Assembly: GCA_046090525.1 (NCBI GenBank)
Contig: JBJTAA010000374.1
Span: forward strand, 1 to 33,427
Source of the DNA: Planctomycetota bacterium
GTDB taxonomy: Bacteria > Planctomycetota > Planctomycetia > Pirellulales > UBA1268
DNA: 33,427 bases
Direction: 5' to 3'
The position numbers were made by a program, and so were the translations under genes. The first letter of the stretch is position 1, and every line of letters begins with the position of its first letter. Below the pieces are notes generated by a model. That model worked only from the letters and a program-made list of their open reading frames with translations, had not been told where the DNA came from and did no database searches. Of the stretch, positions 1 to 10,221 are shown one piece after another.

Positions 1-936
1 GCGATCCCCACCACGATGCCCTTCATCGTGATGATCGCCGACGAGATCGCCGACATGATGATGACGGCCGGCAAGGAGATCGAGGCCCACATCATCCGCC
101 TGGCCCAGAAGAGCCGGGCCGTGGGCATCCACCTGATCCTCGCCACCCAGAAGCCGACGGTGGACGTCATCACGGGCCTGATCAAGAGCAACCTGCCGGC
201 CCGGATCGCCTTCCAGGTGGCCAGCCGCACCGACAGCCGCGTGGTGCTCGACGAGATGGGGGCCGAGCGGCTCCTGGGCAACGGCGACATGCTCTTCCTC
301 TCGCCGGGCACGAGCCAGATCCTCCGCGGCCAGGGCACGTTCCTCTCCGACGAGGAGATCGGCCGCGTGATGGCCACGATCGGTACGAGCGAGCCGCAGT
401 ACGCCGCGGAGCTCGTGAACCTCCAGCCCGCCGGGCCGGCGGCCGAGGGCGAGGCCAAGCCGGGGGGCAGCCCGAAGGACAAGGACGACCTCTACGAGGC
501 CGCCGTGGAGGTCGTGATCCGCGAGGGCCGCGGGAGCGTGTCGCTCTTGCAGCGGGCCCTGGGCGTGGGCTACGGCCGCGGGGCCCGCCTGATCGACTTC
601 ATGGCCGAAGACGGCATCGTGGGCGAGTACAAGGGCAGCCAGGCCCGCGAAGTGCTCGTGACCATGGAGGAATGGGCCGCCCGCACCGGTACCGCCCCCC
701 TGCCCCCCGACCCCGCCCCGCGGAAGCTGAAGATCCAGCCGCACGCCCACGAGCAGGCGTCCTTCGCGGTCGAGGATGAGACCGAGGAGTGGGAAGACGA
801 CGCCTCCGCGGAGTCGTTCGAGGGCGACGAATCGGCTGACGACGATTGGGAAGAAGAAGACGACGCCGACGCGGGCGAGCGCGGAGGTCCCGCGCCGCAG
901 CCACAAAAACGTGGCAGCGGGATTTCATCCCGCTGA
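1..936 (+). CDS. ftsK: DNA translocase FtsK/SpoIIIE, C-terminal part (5' end lies upstream of the window)
   Basis: Frame 1 is open from nt 1. The translation shows the motor-domain end (IVMIADEIADMMM, GIHLILATQKPTVDVITG, RIAFQVASRTDSRVVLD, GNGDMLF) followed by a gamma winged-helix (LYEAAVEVVIREGRGSVSLLQRALGVGYGRGARLIDFMAEDGIVG). Stop at 934-936. Confidence 0.9.
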   Translation, partial: AIPTTMPFIVMIADEIADMMMTAGKEIEAHIIRLAQKSRAVGIHLILATQKPTVDVITGLIKSNLPARIAFQVASRTDSRVVLDEMGAERLLGNGDMLFLSPGTSQILRGQGTFLSDEEIGRVMATIGTSEPQYAAELVNLQPAGPAAEGEAKPGGSPKDKDDLYEAAVEVVIREGRGSVSLLQRALGVGYGRGARLIDFMAEDGIVGEYKGSQAREVLVTMEEWAARTGTAPLPPDPAPRKLKIQPHAHEQASFAVEDETEEWEDDASAESFEGDESADDDWEEEDDADAGERGGPAPQPQKRGSGISSR

Positions 937-1062
937 ATCCGGGCGGTACGGGTGATGGTGGCCGGGCGTTGAACGGGGCGGTGACCGCACTCCCCGGGCC
1001 AGACACCCGTGGCCACTCGACGGTTCCAGCGCGGCCACGGATCGCCAAGGCGGATGCCGCGA

Positions 1063-1091
1063 CCTTGCGGCAGGCTTTCAGCCTGCCAAGG
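1063..1091 (+). terminator. GC hairpin downstream of ftsK (CCTTGCGGCAGGC-TTTCA-GCCTGCCAAGG), candidate terminator
   Basis: Inverted repeat read directly: GGCAGGC 1069-1075, loop TTTCA, GCCTGCC 1081-1087, extended by CCTTG/CAAGG. No U-tract follows. A near-identical hairpin lies at 29309-29327. Confidence 0.4.
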
Positions 1092-1171
1092 TCCGTCCGC
1101 CCCCCGACTTCTTTGGGGAGGCCGGCAAAATGGTAGATTCCGCGGCCGAACCGTAAGCCCAGGAGCCACCC

Positions 1172-2263
1172 ATGTCCGCCTCCACCGCCGCCCTCCAGCG
1201 GGTCGGCCAGAGCCTCTGGCTCGATCAGATCAACCGCGGGATGCTCGACGACGGCACGCTCGCCCGTTACATCCGCGACCTGCACGTCACGGGGCTGACG
1301 AGCAACCCCACCATCTACAACCTCGCGGTCAAGGACACGGCGTTCTACGACGCCCCCCTGGCCGCGCTCGGCGGGCAGAAGCGCTCTGCCGAAGAGGCCT
1401 TCTTCGAGATCGCAATCGAGGATCTGCAACGGGCGGCCGACCTGTTTCGCCCCGCCTTCGACCGCAGCGGCGGCATCGACGGCTGGGTGTCGCTCGAGGT
1501 GTCGCCCAAGCTTGCCTACGACACCGCCGCCACGCTCGCCCAGGCCAAGGCCCTCCACGCCCGGGCAGCCCGCCCGAACCTGTTCATCAAGATTCCGGGC
1601 ACGCCCGAGGGATTACCGGCCATTCAGGAGGCCATCTTCGCGGGCGTGCCCGTGAACGTGACGCTCCTCTTCACCCGGGAGCAGTATCTGGCCGCCGCCG
1701 AAGCCTACCTGCGGGGCATCGAGCGGCGAATCGAGGCCGGGCTCTCCCCGCGGGTCTGCTCGGTGGCCTCGCTCTTCATCAGCCGGTGGGATGGCGCCAC
1801 GGCCAAGACGCTGCCGTCGGAGCTCGTGAACCGGCTCGGGATCGCCGTCGGGGAACTCAGCTACAAGGCGTATCGCGATCTCTTGGCCTCCGACCGCTTC
1901 GAGCGGCTCTGCAGCTTCGGGGCGGTGCCGCAACGGCTCTTGTTCGCGAGCACGGGCACGAAGGACCCGAGCGCCTCGGATTGCCTCTACGTCGACGCCC
2001 TGGCCGCCCCCAACACGATCAACACCATGCCCGAGAAGACGCTCCACGCCTTCGCAGATCACGGCCGCGTCACGGCCACGCTCTCGGCCGGCGGTGGGCT
2101 GGCCGAGGCGACGATCTTCGCGATCGAGCGGGCCGGGGTGGATGTGGCCGCGCTCGGAGCGAGGCTCCAGCGGGACGGAGCCGAGGCCTTCGTGAAGAGC
2201 TGGGACGAGCTGCTCGGCGTCGTCGAAGCCAAGTCGCGCGCCGTGGCGAAGAAAGGCGGTTGA
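1172..2263 (+). CDS. tal: Transaldolase (long, about 360 aa type)
   Basis: 363 aa. N-terminus [13 protein letters not shown]...[13 protein letters not shown] and FIKIPGT (Schiff-base Lys context) are typical of transaldolase. AGGAG at 1161-1165 lies 6 nt before the ATG. Confidence 0.9.
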   Translation: MSASTAALQRVGQSLWLDQINRGMLDDGTLARYIRDLHVTGLTSNPTIYNLAVKDTAFYDAPLAALGGQKRSAEEAFFEIAIEDLQRAADLFRPAFDRSGGIDGWVSLEVSPKLAYDTAATLAQAKALHARAARPNLFIKIPGTPEGLPAIQEAIFAGVPVNVTLLFTREQYLAAAEAYLRGIERRIEAGLSPRVCSVASLFISRWDGATAKTLPSELVNRLGIAVGELSYKAYRDLLASDRFERLCSFGAVPQRLLFASTGTKDPSASDCLYVDALAAPNTINTMPEKTLHAFADHGRVTATLSAGGGLAEATIFAIERAGVDVAALGARLQRDGAEAFVKSWDELLGVVEAKSRAVAKKGG

Positions 2264-2264
2264 G

Positions 2265-3914
2265 ATGAGCGACGATCGGTCGTCACCGAGCCGGGCGTCG
2301 CTGCCCGAGTGGCAAGCCCTCGCCAACCACGCCCGCGCCAACGGGCACCTGTCGCTGCGGGAGCTCTTCGCCGCCGACCGGATTCGGGCCGAGCGGTTCT
2401 CGTTCGAGGCCTGCGGCCTGTTCGTGGATCATTCCAAGCAGCGGCTCACCGAGGGCACCCTGCCCCTGCTCGTCCGCCTCGCGGAGGCCTGCCGCCTGCG
2501 GGACCGCATCGAGGCGATGTTCGCCGGGGCGCGAATCAACGCCACCGAAAACCGCGCGGTGCTGCACGTGGCGCTGCGGGCCCCGCGCGGGGCGAAGATC
2601 GTCGTCGACGGCGAGGACGTGGTGCCCGGCGTGCACGAGGTGCTCGACCGGATGGCCGCCTTCTGCGACCGCGTCCGCACAGGCGCCTGGCTCGGCCACA
2701 CCGGCAAGCGGATCCGGGCGATCGTCAACATCGGGATCGGCGGCTCCGATCTCGGGCCCGTGATGGCCTACACGGCGCTCAGGCACTATGCCGACCGCGA
2801 ACTCGCGTTCCGCTTCGTCTCCAACGTCGACGGCACCGACTTCGCCGAGGCGGTTCACGGCCTCGATCCGGCCGAGACGCTGTTCATCGTCTCGTCGAAG
2901 ACCTTCACCACCCAGGAGACGCTCGCCAACGCCCGCACGGCCCGGGCGTGGACCCTGGCTGGCGTCGGCGACGAGGCGGCGGTGGCCCGGCATTTCGTGG
3001 CCGTCTCCACCAACGCCAAGGAGGTGGCCGCCTTCGGGATCGACACGGCCAACATGTTCGGCTTCTGGGACTGGGTGGGCGGCCGCTACTCGATGGACTC
3101 GGCGATCGGCCTCTCCACGATGCTCGCGATCGGACCGGAGCAGTTCCGCGCCATGCTCGCCGGCTTCCACGCCATGGACGAGCACTTCCGCACGGCCGAC
3201 TTCAAGACCAATCTCCCGGTCCTGCACGGCCTGATCGCCGTCTGGAACGCCACCTTCCTGGGCGCCCATTCGATCGCCGTCCTCCCCTACGACCAATACC
3301 TCGCGCGCTTCCCCGCCTACCTCCAGCAGCTCACGATGGAGAGCAACGGCAAGCGGGTCACGCTCGGCGGCCGGGTGATCGACGACTACGAGACCTGCCC
3401 GATCTACTGGGGTGAGCCCGGCACGAACGGCCAGCACTCCTTCTACCAGCTGATCCACCAGGGCACGCGGCTCATCCCCTGCGATTTCCTGGGCTTCATC
3501 CACTCGCTCAATCCGCTGGGCCGGCACCACGACCTCCTGATGGCCAACTGCTTCGCCCAGGCCGAGGCGCTGGCCTTCGGGAAGACCGCGGCCGAGGTGC
3601 GGGCCGACGGCGTGCCCGAGGAACTCGTCGCCCACAAGACCTTCCCGGGCAACCGACCGAGCAGCACGATCCTGGCCGAGCGGCTCACGCCCCGGCTGCT
3701 CGGCAGCCTCGTGGCCCTCTACGAACACGCCGTCTTCACGGCCGGCGCGATCTGGGACGTGAACCCGTTCGACCAGTGGGGCGTGGAACTCGGCAAGGTG
3801 CTGGCCAACCGGATCGTGCCCGAACTCGAGGGAGCCGCCGAGCCGGCCCTCGGCCACCACGACCATTCCACGGCCAACCTCATCCGCCGCTACCGGGCAA
3901 CGCGGTATGGCTGA
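2265..3914 (+). CDS. pgi: Glucose-6-phosphate isomerase
   Basis: 549 aa with PGI signatures ([52 protein letters not shown]). The ATG lies 1 nt after the tal TGA, suggesting translational coupling. Confidence 0.93.
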   Translation: MSDDRSSPSRASLPEWQALANHARANGHLSLRELFAADRIRAERFSFEACGLFVDHSKQRLTEGTLPLLVRLAEACRLRDRIEAMFAGARINATENRAVLHVALRAPRGAKIVVDGEDVVPGVHEVLDRMAAFCDRVRTGAWLGHTGKRIRAIVNIGIGGSDLGPVMAYTALRHYADRELAFRFVSNVDGTDFAEAVHGLDPAETLFIVSSKTFTTQETLANARTARAWTLAGVGDEAAVARHFVAVSTNAKEVAAFGIDTANMFGFWDWVGGRYSMDSAIGLSTMLAIGPEQFRAMLAGFHAMDEHFRTADFKTNLPVLHGLIAVWNATFLGAHSIAVLPYDQYLARFPAYLQQLTMESNGKRVTLGGRVIDDYETCPIYWGEPGTNGQHSFYQLIHQGTRLIPCDFLGFIHSLNPLGRHHDLLMANCFAQAEALAFGKTAAEVRADGVPEELVAHKTFPGNRPSSTILAERLTPRLLGSLVALYEHAVFTAGAIWDVNPFDQWGVELGKVLANRIVPELEGAAEPALGHHDHSTANLIRRYRATRYG

Positions 3915-6172
3915 ACGCGAGGGTCACGGCGGTCGTCGCCGCCACCGCGGCCCGCGGGCGGCTGGCCCGCCGCGATCAGGGCGGCGACGTCGGCCGTGAT
4001 CTCGCCATGGGCCCAGAAGCTGAAGGCCAGGCCCGCGAGCCCGGCGAAGGTCAACAGCGCAAGCGCCGGCCTGTCATCGGAGCCGAGCAGGAACATCAGC
4101 GCCATGGTCGCCAGTGGCGCCCCCCCGGCCATCAGCAGATACCACCCGCTGCGGCGGCCCACGGCGGCGAGTTCGGCCTCGTCGACCCGATCGCTCCGCT
4201 CGTCGAGGAGCGCCGGATAGATCGACCGCAGCACGAGCAGCGTGAGCAAAAAGAAGGTGTAGGCCGCGGCCATCAGCCCGCAGACGAGCGACGATTGCAG
4301 GAAGAGCAGCCGCATCGGTAGGGGCGGCACGCCGGCCCGCGCCGCGAACAGCACCGCACCGCCGACGCCGCAGGCGATCCACAGCCCGACCGCGATCCAG
4401 GTCATGCGGTCGGCGAAGGAGAGGCTTCGCCGCCGGAGCGTCTCGACGGCTGCGGCGTCGAGACCCGCCGCCCGGCCCCGCAGCCGCCGCACGATGCCGG
4501 CCATCTCCCGCCAGCCGATCCAGGCCCCGAGCGGAAACGCGATCAGGTTGACGATGCCTATGGCCACAAAAAAGGCCTGCAGCGCGCCGGGGTGGCTCGC
4601 CGCCAGATCGGGCCCGGCGTAGAAGGTGTCGAGGATCCGTCGCTGGTGGAAGTTGTTGGCCACGGCGAGCAGGAGGTTGGGCACGACCACGCAGATCGTC
4701 GCCGCCTCGAACGGCCGGGCCCGCGCGAACCGCCGCCAGCCCCCCTTCGCCGGCGTCAGCAAGCCGCGCACCCGCGGCCGGCCGACGAGCGACAGCCGGC
4801 GGGCGAGCTCGCGGCCACTGGCCGGGCGGGTCTCGCGGTCGGCTGCGAGACAATCCCGCACCACGTCGACCAGCGCGACGGCGCTCGGATCGGCTGGGTC
4901 GATTTCGATCCCGACCTCGCCCCGACGGCGCAGGGCGAGCATCCCGGCGATCGCCTGCGAGATGTCGGCCCCCGCGGGTCGGTCGGAAAACGGCCGGCGG
5001 CCCGTGAGCAGTTCAGCGAGCAGTACGCCAAGCGAGAACAGGTCGGCCCGTTCATCGAGGTCATGTGGCGACCGCTCGTGCCGCGGATCGAAGGCCTCGA
5101 GATGCTCCGGAGCCATGTAGGCGAGGCTGCCGCCGAAGTAGGCGGCCGGCCCGTTCGCGGGATGACCGGCCAGCGCACTGGTGTTGAAGTCGCCGAGGAA
5201 GGCGCTGCCATCGGCGCCGAGGAGCACGTTGGCCGGCTTGACGTCGCGGTGGAGCACGCCCGCCGCGTGCGCGTGGGCGAGCGCGTCGGCGAGTTGGATG
5301 CCGATCCGGGCGACGACGGCGGGCCACGACATCCGCGCGAGGCTCTCGAGCGTCGGCGAATCGGTGGCGAGTCCGAGCCCGGAATCGGCGGTCGCCGTGC
5401 GAACGGCCGCGACGAGGATGTCTCCGGACCGCGTGCCGAGCGCCGCCCGCTGGACGCGGTCGACGACCTGGGCGAGCGTGCCGCCGGCCAGGAACTGCTC
5501 GTAGACCAGTCGCATCGGCGGCCGTCCGTCCTTGGCTTCCAGCCGGCGCTGGTCGTAGACCCTCACGATGTGCGGATGGTCGAGCTGTGCGAGCGTGCGG
5601 GCCTCGTCGCCCCGGTCCCCCGACACCTTGAGGGCGACGATCCGGCCCATGGAGATTTGCCGCGCGAGGTAGACGGTGGCGAAGGCTCCCCGGCCCACCG
5701 GGGCGAGCACCTCGAAATCATCCACCGTCTGGCCGGGCTGGAACTCGACGCGGGCGAGGGCGGCGGCGAGACTGGTCGTCATGGTCCGCTCGACGCCGCC
5801 GAACCATCCCCAAATCTCGTCCGCCCGCCCCGGGAACCTGCGGCAGAACTCCGCGAGTTCGACCGGCTCGCCGCGGCGCTTGCGGATGTGGTACTCCTCG
5901 CAAACAAGTTCGACCGGCGGCCCCGCCGCGTCGGCGATCTCCGGATAGTCGACGAGGTAGTCCTCGACCCGTGCCGGCCGGCCGCGGTCGATGCGGCTCT
6001 CGAGATCGACCTTCACCAGCTCCACGAGCACGAGCCGCCGCAGGGGCCCCGGCTCCGCCGGCAGGTGCGGCGCGATCGCCGGCTCGGAACCGTTCGCCCA
6101 TGCGGCGACGAACGCCTCGAGCCGCTCGGCCACCGCGTTCCAGGCGGCGGACTGATCGATCCAGACGGTCAC
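3890..6172 (-). CDS. Ser/Thr protein kinase with planctomycete-type N-terminal helical region and polytopic C-terminal membrane domain
   Basis: 760 aa with a GTG start. Hanks motifs: [28 protein letters not shown] (in place of DFG), YMAPE. The C-terminal ~270 aa contains about six hydrophobic segments. It is divergent from the ECF sigma gene. Confidence 0.85.
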   Translation of the reverse strand: MTVWIDQSAAWNAVAERLEAFVAAWANGSEPAIAPHLPAEPGPLRRLVLVELVKVDLESRIDRGRPARVEDYLVDYPEIADAAGPPVELVCEEYHIRKRRGEPVELAEFCRRFPGRADEIWGWFGGVERTMTTSLAAALARVEFQPGQTVDDFEVLAPVGRGAFATVYLARQISMGRIVALKVSGDRGDEARTLAQLDHPHIVRVYDQRRLEAKDGRPPMRLVYEQFLAGGTLAQVVDRVQRAALGTRSGDILVAAVRTATADSGLGLATDSPTLESLARMSWPAVVARIGIQLADALAHAHAAGVLHRDVKPANVLLGADGSAFLGDFNTSALAGHPANGPAAYFGGSLAYMAPEHLEAFDPRHERSPHDLDERADLFSLGVLLAELLTGRRPFSDRPAGADISQAIAGMLALRRRGEVGIEIDPADPSAVALVDVVRDCLAADRETRPASGRELARRLSLVGRPRVRGLLTPAKGGWRRFARARPFEAATICVVVPNLLLAVANNFHQRRILDTFYAGPDLAASHPGALQAFFVAIGIVNLIAFPLGAWIGWREMAGIVRRLRGRAAGLDAAAVETLRRRSLSFADRMTWIAVGLWIACGVGGAVLFAARAGVPPLPMRLLFLQSSLVCGLMAAAYTFFLLTLLVLRSIYPALLDERSDRVDEAELAAVGRRSGWYLLMAGGAPLATMALMFLLGSDDRPALALLTFAGLAGLAFSFWAHGEITADVAALIAAGQPPAGRGGGDDRRDPRVQPYRVAR

Positions 6173-6264
6173 GCCGCGGGCCTCCGGGTGGCTGCTGATC
6201 GGCGAGGTCGGCGTCCACCTTCGCGTCGTGGGATGATACCGCCCGGTCTGGGCCCGGGTGTACC

Positions 6265-6870
6265 ATGCCGGGCATGGAGTCGGCCGGGGAGCCCGTGTGC
6301 TGGAGCGACCGCGAGGCCGTGGCGGCCTATGTGGAGGCGCAGCGCCCGCGGCTCCTGGCCTTCATCGCCTCCCGCATGGCGGCGGGCCTGCGGCAGCGGC
6401 TCGATCCCGACGACATCGTGCAGGAGGTGAGCCTCGCGGCGGTGCGGCCTGCCGGTGCCGACGGCGGCCCGCCGCGGGATCCCTTCGGCTGGCTTTGCCA
6501 CGTGGCCGAGCAGCGGATCATCGATGCCCATCGACGGCATTTCGGTGCGGCCAAGCGGGATGCCGGCCGCGAAGTCTCGATCGATGCCCCACTGCCGGGG
6601 GCCGACGGTGACGACGCGGGACGGCTGGCGTCGCTCCTGGCTGTGAGCATGACCACGCCGAGCCAGGTTCTTTCCCGCGACGCGCGGGAATACCGGCTCG
6701 CGCAGGCGATCGAGGCGCTGCCGGAGGAGCAGCGGATCGCGATCCGGATGCGATACGTCGACGGCCTGGCCACGAAAGTGATCGCCGAACGGATGGGGAA
6801 GTCCGACGTGGCCGTCCGCGTCATGCTCTCGCGGACGGTGCAGAAGCTCCAGCAAGTGGTCGCGGAGTGA
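6265..6870 (+). CDS. ECF-type RNA polymerase sigma-70 family factor (kinase-associated type)
   Basis: 201 aa. Region 2 (PDDIVQEVSLAAV) and region 4 HTH (LPEEQRIAIRMRYVDGLATKVIAERMGKSDVAVRVMLSRTVQKL) are present. A second ATG at 6274 is an alternative start. No anti-sigma gene is adjacent. Confidence 0.85.
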   Translation: MPGMESAGEPVCWSDREAVAAYVEAQRPRLLAFIASRMAAGLRQRLDPDDIVQEVSLAAVRPAGADGGPPRDPFGWLCHVAEQRIIDAHRRHFGAAKRDAGREVSIDAPLPGADGDDAGRLASLLAVSMTTPSQVLSRDAREYRLAQAIEALPEEQRIAIRMRYVDGLATKVIAERMGKSDVAVRVMLSRTVQKLQQVVAE

Positions 6871-6958
6871 GCGGGCGGGCCCCGGGGCGTGGAAACGCCG
6901 CCGGGGGCGGCCGCAAGGGCCGCCCCCGGATCTCCGTGGCGATGCGTCGCGCTGTCTG

Positions 6959-8005
6959 TCAGTTGGTGCCCGCGACTGCGGCCGTGGCGGCCGGCAGCAG
7001 CTCGACGTGCATCGCCACCGCCAACGTGCCATCGGCGAAGGCCACGAGCAGCTCGGCCTTGGCGGGAGCCGCGAGGGCCATCCCCGGCAGCGTGGCCGCA
7101 AGGCCGGTCTCGTCCCAGTCCGTCACCGGGCACTCCAGGATCACGGCTCCGATCTTGACGGCGACGCTGCCCTGCGCTGCGCCCAGCCCCGCGGCCGGCA
7201 GCGTGAAGGGCGTGCCGACGCGGAGCTGCGGCAGCGACTCCGGCGCGGCCGGTGCCGAATGGTCGTCCGTCGCCGGGGCTGCAGCGGCGAGGGGGGCCGT
7301 GGGCTCGACCTCCTGCTCGAGCTCGATCGGCTCCGACTCGACGAGCGTCGCCGCCGCGCCACAGGCCGGCTGTCCGACGGTGACGCAGTCAGCCACGGAG
7401 CAACCGCCGGTGGCCACGCCCCGGTCGGCGAAGGCCGCCGTCGCCAGACCGATGGCGACTGCATCCCACACCGTCGGGCCCCGACCACCGTAGCCAGGGT
7501 GCCGCCCGGGGGGCGGGCGATGACCGCCACCGCCACCACCGCCATTCCCGCCGCCACCGTTGCCGAACGGATTGTCCACGTCGACGACCGTGCGGGTGGG
7601 CAGCGGCAGATCGGGCTTTTCCGGAGTGGCGATCCGGGCCCGCGGCTGCCCGACGTTCGGCATCACGGCATCGGCTTGGCTCAGCTCTCCGGGTACGGCC
7701 ACGCGGGGAGCGCGCTGCATGGGCTGCCGCGCGGTCGCATCCGGCTGCCGCCTCGGGGGGAGGTGGCGCAGCTCGGCCCGGGCGTCAGACCGCGGAACCC
7801 GGCTGCCCGGCTGGACCTTCGGGGCGGCGGGCCGCACGCCCGGCCCGGAGGGACGCGTGGCTGCATTGGCACCGACGCGGACAGCCGACGGGATCCGGCC
7901 GGGCGACTTCGACCGCGGTCCGGGAGAGTTTGGCCGACCTGCCTCGACCGGGAGGGTCAACGCCGCGGCGACGAGGGTGAACAGGATGCAGTGGGCACGG
8001 TTCAT
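6959..8005 (-). CDS. Secreted hypothetical protein, Pro/Arg-rich and poly-Gly low-complexity N-half
   Basis: The start was trimmed to the ATG at 8005, which has a strong AAGGAG 7 nt upstream. Signal peptide MNRAHCILFTLVAAALTLPVEA. GC3-rich codons. GNGGGGNGGGGGGGH run. I recognise no homology. Confidence 0.6.
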   Translation of the reverse strand: MNRAHCILFTLVAAALTLPVEAGRPNSPGPRSKSPGRIPSAVRVGANAATRPSGPGVRPAAPKVQPGSRVPRSDARAELRHLPPRRQPDATARQPMQRAPRVAVPGELSQADAVMPNVGQPRARIATPEKPDLPLPTRTVVDVDNPFGNGGGGNGGGGGGGHRPPPGRHPGYGGRGPTVWDAVAIGLATAAFADRGVATGGCSVADCVTVGQPACGAAATLVESEPIELEQEVEPTAPLAAAAPATDDHSAPAAPESLPQLRVGTPFTLPAAGLGAAQGSVAVKIGAVILECPVTDWDETGLAATLPGMALAAPAKAELLVAFADGTLAVAMHVELLPAATAAVAGTN

Positions 8006-8116
8006 GGCTGAGCTCCTTTTCGGAGGCGGGAGCCAAGCCACCGCGGCCCGGCGTCATCCCGCCAGGGGCTTGAGCGTGAAAGGCGTCCCGGTGTTACAGA
8101 GCACAAAAACGCGCCC

Positions 8117-8139
8117 AAAAAACGGCTCCATCCCGGCCG
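8117..8139 (-). terminator. Weak hairpin plus T6 on the minus strand, downstream of the metallopeptidase gene
   Basis: The minus strand reads CGGCCGGGATGGAGCCG-TTTTTT-GGGCGCG-TTTTT, with only a 4-bp stem. T/A runs this long are rare in this sequence. Confidence 0.25.
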
Positions 8140-8212
8140 ACGCGCCCCCCTGCCCCACTCGAGCATCCGCTTACCCGCCCGGAATCGCAGACACAAGCGC
8201 CGCCCTGCCCGG

Positions 8213-10111
8213 TCAGCGGGCCCGCCGGATCGTGACCTCGACTGCGCCGTCGTTGTCGCCCAGCTCCGTCCAGGCGTCGGCACACCGCAGGAAGAGCTGC
8301 CCGGCGGCCGGCGGAGCGAGCGTGGCCTGTGAGCCCAGGGGAACTTCGGGGCCCAGCGCGTAGTCGGCGTACACGGTCGCGACCAGCCGACCCCGGCCGT
8401 CGGCCTCGCCGTCGGCAGCGAGCGGCTGCCCGGCCGCAGCGATCTTCCAGGTGCCCTCGGCGAATACCTCATACCGCTCGCCCGCTTCCACGAGCACCTT
8501 CGCCGGCTGCCAGCCACCCTGGGCCTTGACCTTCACCGTGGCCTCGCCCGACTCGCCGAGCGACTGAAACTTCGCCTTCCACGGCCAGGCGGTCAGATCG
8601 GAGCGGTAGCCGTTGCCGAGCGTGGCCAGGAACTGGTCGTATTCGAACGAGATCTCGCGGGCCACCGGCCCGTACACGCTCTCGAACGAAACCCCCTCCC
8701 GCTCCTCCATGAGCGCGACCGCCAGCGGCACGAAGCGCCTGGCATAGTTCGGGTTGTTGGCCAGGAGGTGACAGAGCGCCCACCGCCAGGCGTAGTCCTC
8801 CCAGGTGCCCGCCGGCGTCCGTCCCGGCACGGCGATTTCCAGGAGCGTGCGCCGCGGGCGCGTGGTCTGCAGATACCCGACGACCGGCGCCGGCAGGTCG
8901 ACCGTCTGGTCGCCGTCCTTCCAGTAGTTGCCCAGCTCCGCCAGCCCTTCGGCCAGCCAGGTGGGGCCGGTCGAGCCGAACGCGAGGTGACAAATCCCAT
9001 GCACGCATTCGTGCTGGATCACGCCGTGATCGCCGCAGGAGTAGAGCCGGGCCCGCCGCTGCGGGCCGAGCCGCGTGTTGACGCATACGCCCTCCCCGCG
9101 GCGGATTTTCTCGACCCCGCCTTCGTCGTCGATCATGCCGGCGGGGAACTTGCCGAGGTCGCTCGCCACGAAGCCCTCGACGACGCCGGTCATCCGCCGC
9201 CCCAGGAACTTTTCGAGCGCCGCCACCATGCGCTCGAGCTTGTCGCGAACCACGGCCCACTCCCGATCGGAGAGGTCGGTCATGAAGGCGAAATGCTGCG
9301 ACCGCACGAGCCGTGGATGGGCCGGAGGCTCGTCGGAGAGCGACCGATACTTCCGCTCCAGGGCCTCGTCCCCCTTGTCGGCGACGGTCCGCGTCGAGCT
9401 GTTTTTCGCCTCGAGCGACCGCGCCACGAGGTCGCCGCTGTCGAGGACGATCGCCTCGAGCCGCACGACGCGGGCCCCCGGTTCGATCCGCGCCGGATCG
9501 TCGCTCTCGAATCGCGCGACTGCGGCTTCGGCCAGGGGAATCGCGAGCGAGGCCTTGCGGTTGAAGGCCTGCTCCGGCGGCAGTTCGACCACGAGCCGCT
9601 TGGCCGCGACGGTCTTCACGGTGGCGGTCACCTGAACCTCGGAAAACTTCGCTCGCGTCGCCTCCGACGGAGCGGATTCATCCTCGGCCGTCACGCCCAG
9701 CGCGGCCTTGCCGCCATCGAGCACGGTCAGGCTGGTGACGGGCGCCTCGGCCTTGCCCGCGCGGTCCAGCCGGCAGCGGAACTGCACGACATGACCAGGC
9801 TTGAGGCCCGTCGCCGGCAAGTCGCCCGACACCCTGACGTCGGCGGCCGCCGCCAGGAGCCGGCCGTCGGCCAGGGCGATCCCCCGCTCGCCCTTCGGCT
9901 GCACCCGCACGCTGTGCGACCGCCCGTCGGCGGCGCGGATCGTGAGCCCGTCGCCCCGCACCGCTTCGACGATGCCTGAGATCGCAAGTTCGCCGGTGGC
10001 CAACACCTGGGCCGCGGCCGTCAGGGCGACGCCTCCGGCAAGGCAGGCGATGCCCAGCGTTGCTGCGTAAGGCCGGCATCCGACCGACCGACCGACGCGC
10101 TTCCAGATCAT
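8213..10111 (-). CDS. Secreted zinc metallopeptidase, gluzincin HExxH...E type (DUF1570 / peptidase-MA-like), with a C-terminal beta-sandwich domain resembling the PA-IL/LecA fold
   Basis: The start was trimmed to the ATG at 10111 ([36 protein letters not shown], a signal or anchor). HECVH is encoded at 8998-9012, followed by [10 protein letters not shown]. The C-terminal pattern [13 protein letters not shown]...ADG...GRLVATV...GQLFLRCAD...[11 protein letters not shown] suggests the lectin-like fold. The upstream part of the 719-aa ORF would overlap vapB antisense. Confidence 0.7.
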   Translation of the reverse strand: MIWKRVGRSVGCRPYAATLGIACLAGGVALTAAAQVLATGELAISGIVEAVRGDGLTIRAADGRSHSVRVQPKGERGIALADGRLLAAAADVRVSGDLPATGLKPGHVVQFRCRLDRAGKAEAPVTSLTVLDGGKAALGVTAEDESAPSEATRAKFSEVQVTATVKTVAAKRLVVELPPEQAFNRKASLAIPLAEAAVARFESDDPARIEPGARVVRLEAIVLDSGDLVARSLEAKNSSTRTVADKGDEALERKYRSLSDEPPAHPRLVRSQHFAFMTDLSDREWAVVRDKLERMVAALEKFLGRRMTGVVEGFVASDLGKFPAGMIDDEGGVEKIRRGEGVCVNTRLGPQRRARLYSCGDHGVIQHECVHGICHLAFGSTGPTWLAEGLAELGNYWKDGDQTVDLPAPVVGYLQTTRPRRTLLEIAVPGRTPAGTWEDYAWRWALCHLLANNPNYARRFVPLAVALMEEREGVSFESVYGPVAREISFEYDQFLATLGNGYRSDLTAWPWKAKFQSLGESGEATVKVKAQGGWQPAKVLVEAGERYEVFAEGTWKIAAAGQPLAADGEADGRGRLVATVYADYALGPEVPLGSQATLAPPAAGQLFLRCADAWTELGDNDGAVEVTIRRAR

Positions 10112-10221
10112 GCGCCTGCCACTCGTGCGGGTGTTGTTCGTTGTGCCCGACCGGCCTCGAGAATTCCGTCTATACCCTGCCGCCCGCGAAACGTCGCCGA
10201 TCGGCGAGCGGGGAGCTGCAG

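Noticed and set aside
2261-2267. The possibility that tal and pgi are a single fused gene, as in some bacteria.
   Set aside because: A clean in-frame TGA ends tal. pgi starts at its own ATG in a different frame with a GAAAGG ribosome-binding site, so these are two separate but coupled genes.
7507-7560. A GCC/ACC-rich low-complexity DNA run (CCACCGCCACCACCGCC...) as a possible phase-variable simple-sequence repeat.
   Set aside because: It is the antisense of the codons for the GNGGGGNGGGGGGGH stretch. It is not a perfect homopolymer or a perfect short tandem repeat, so slipped-strand switching is unlikely.
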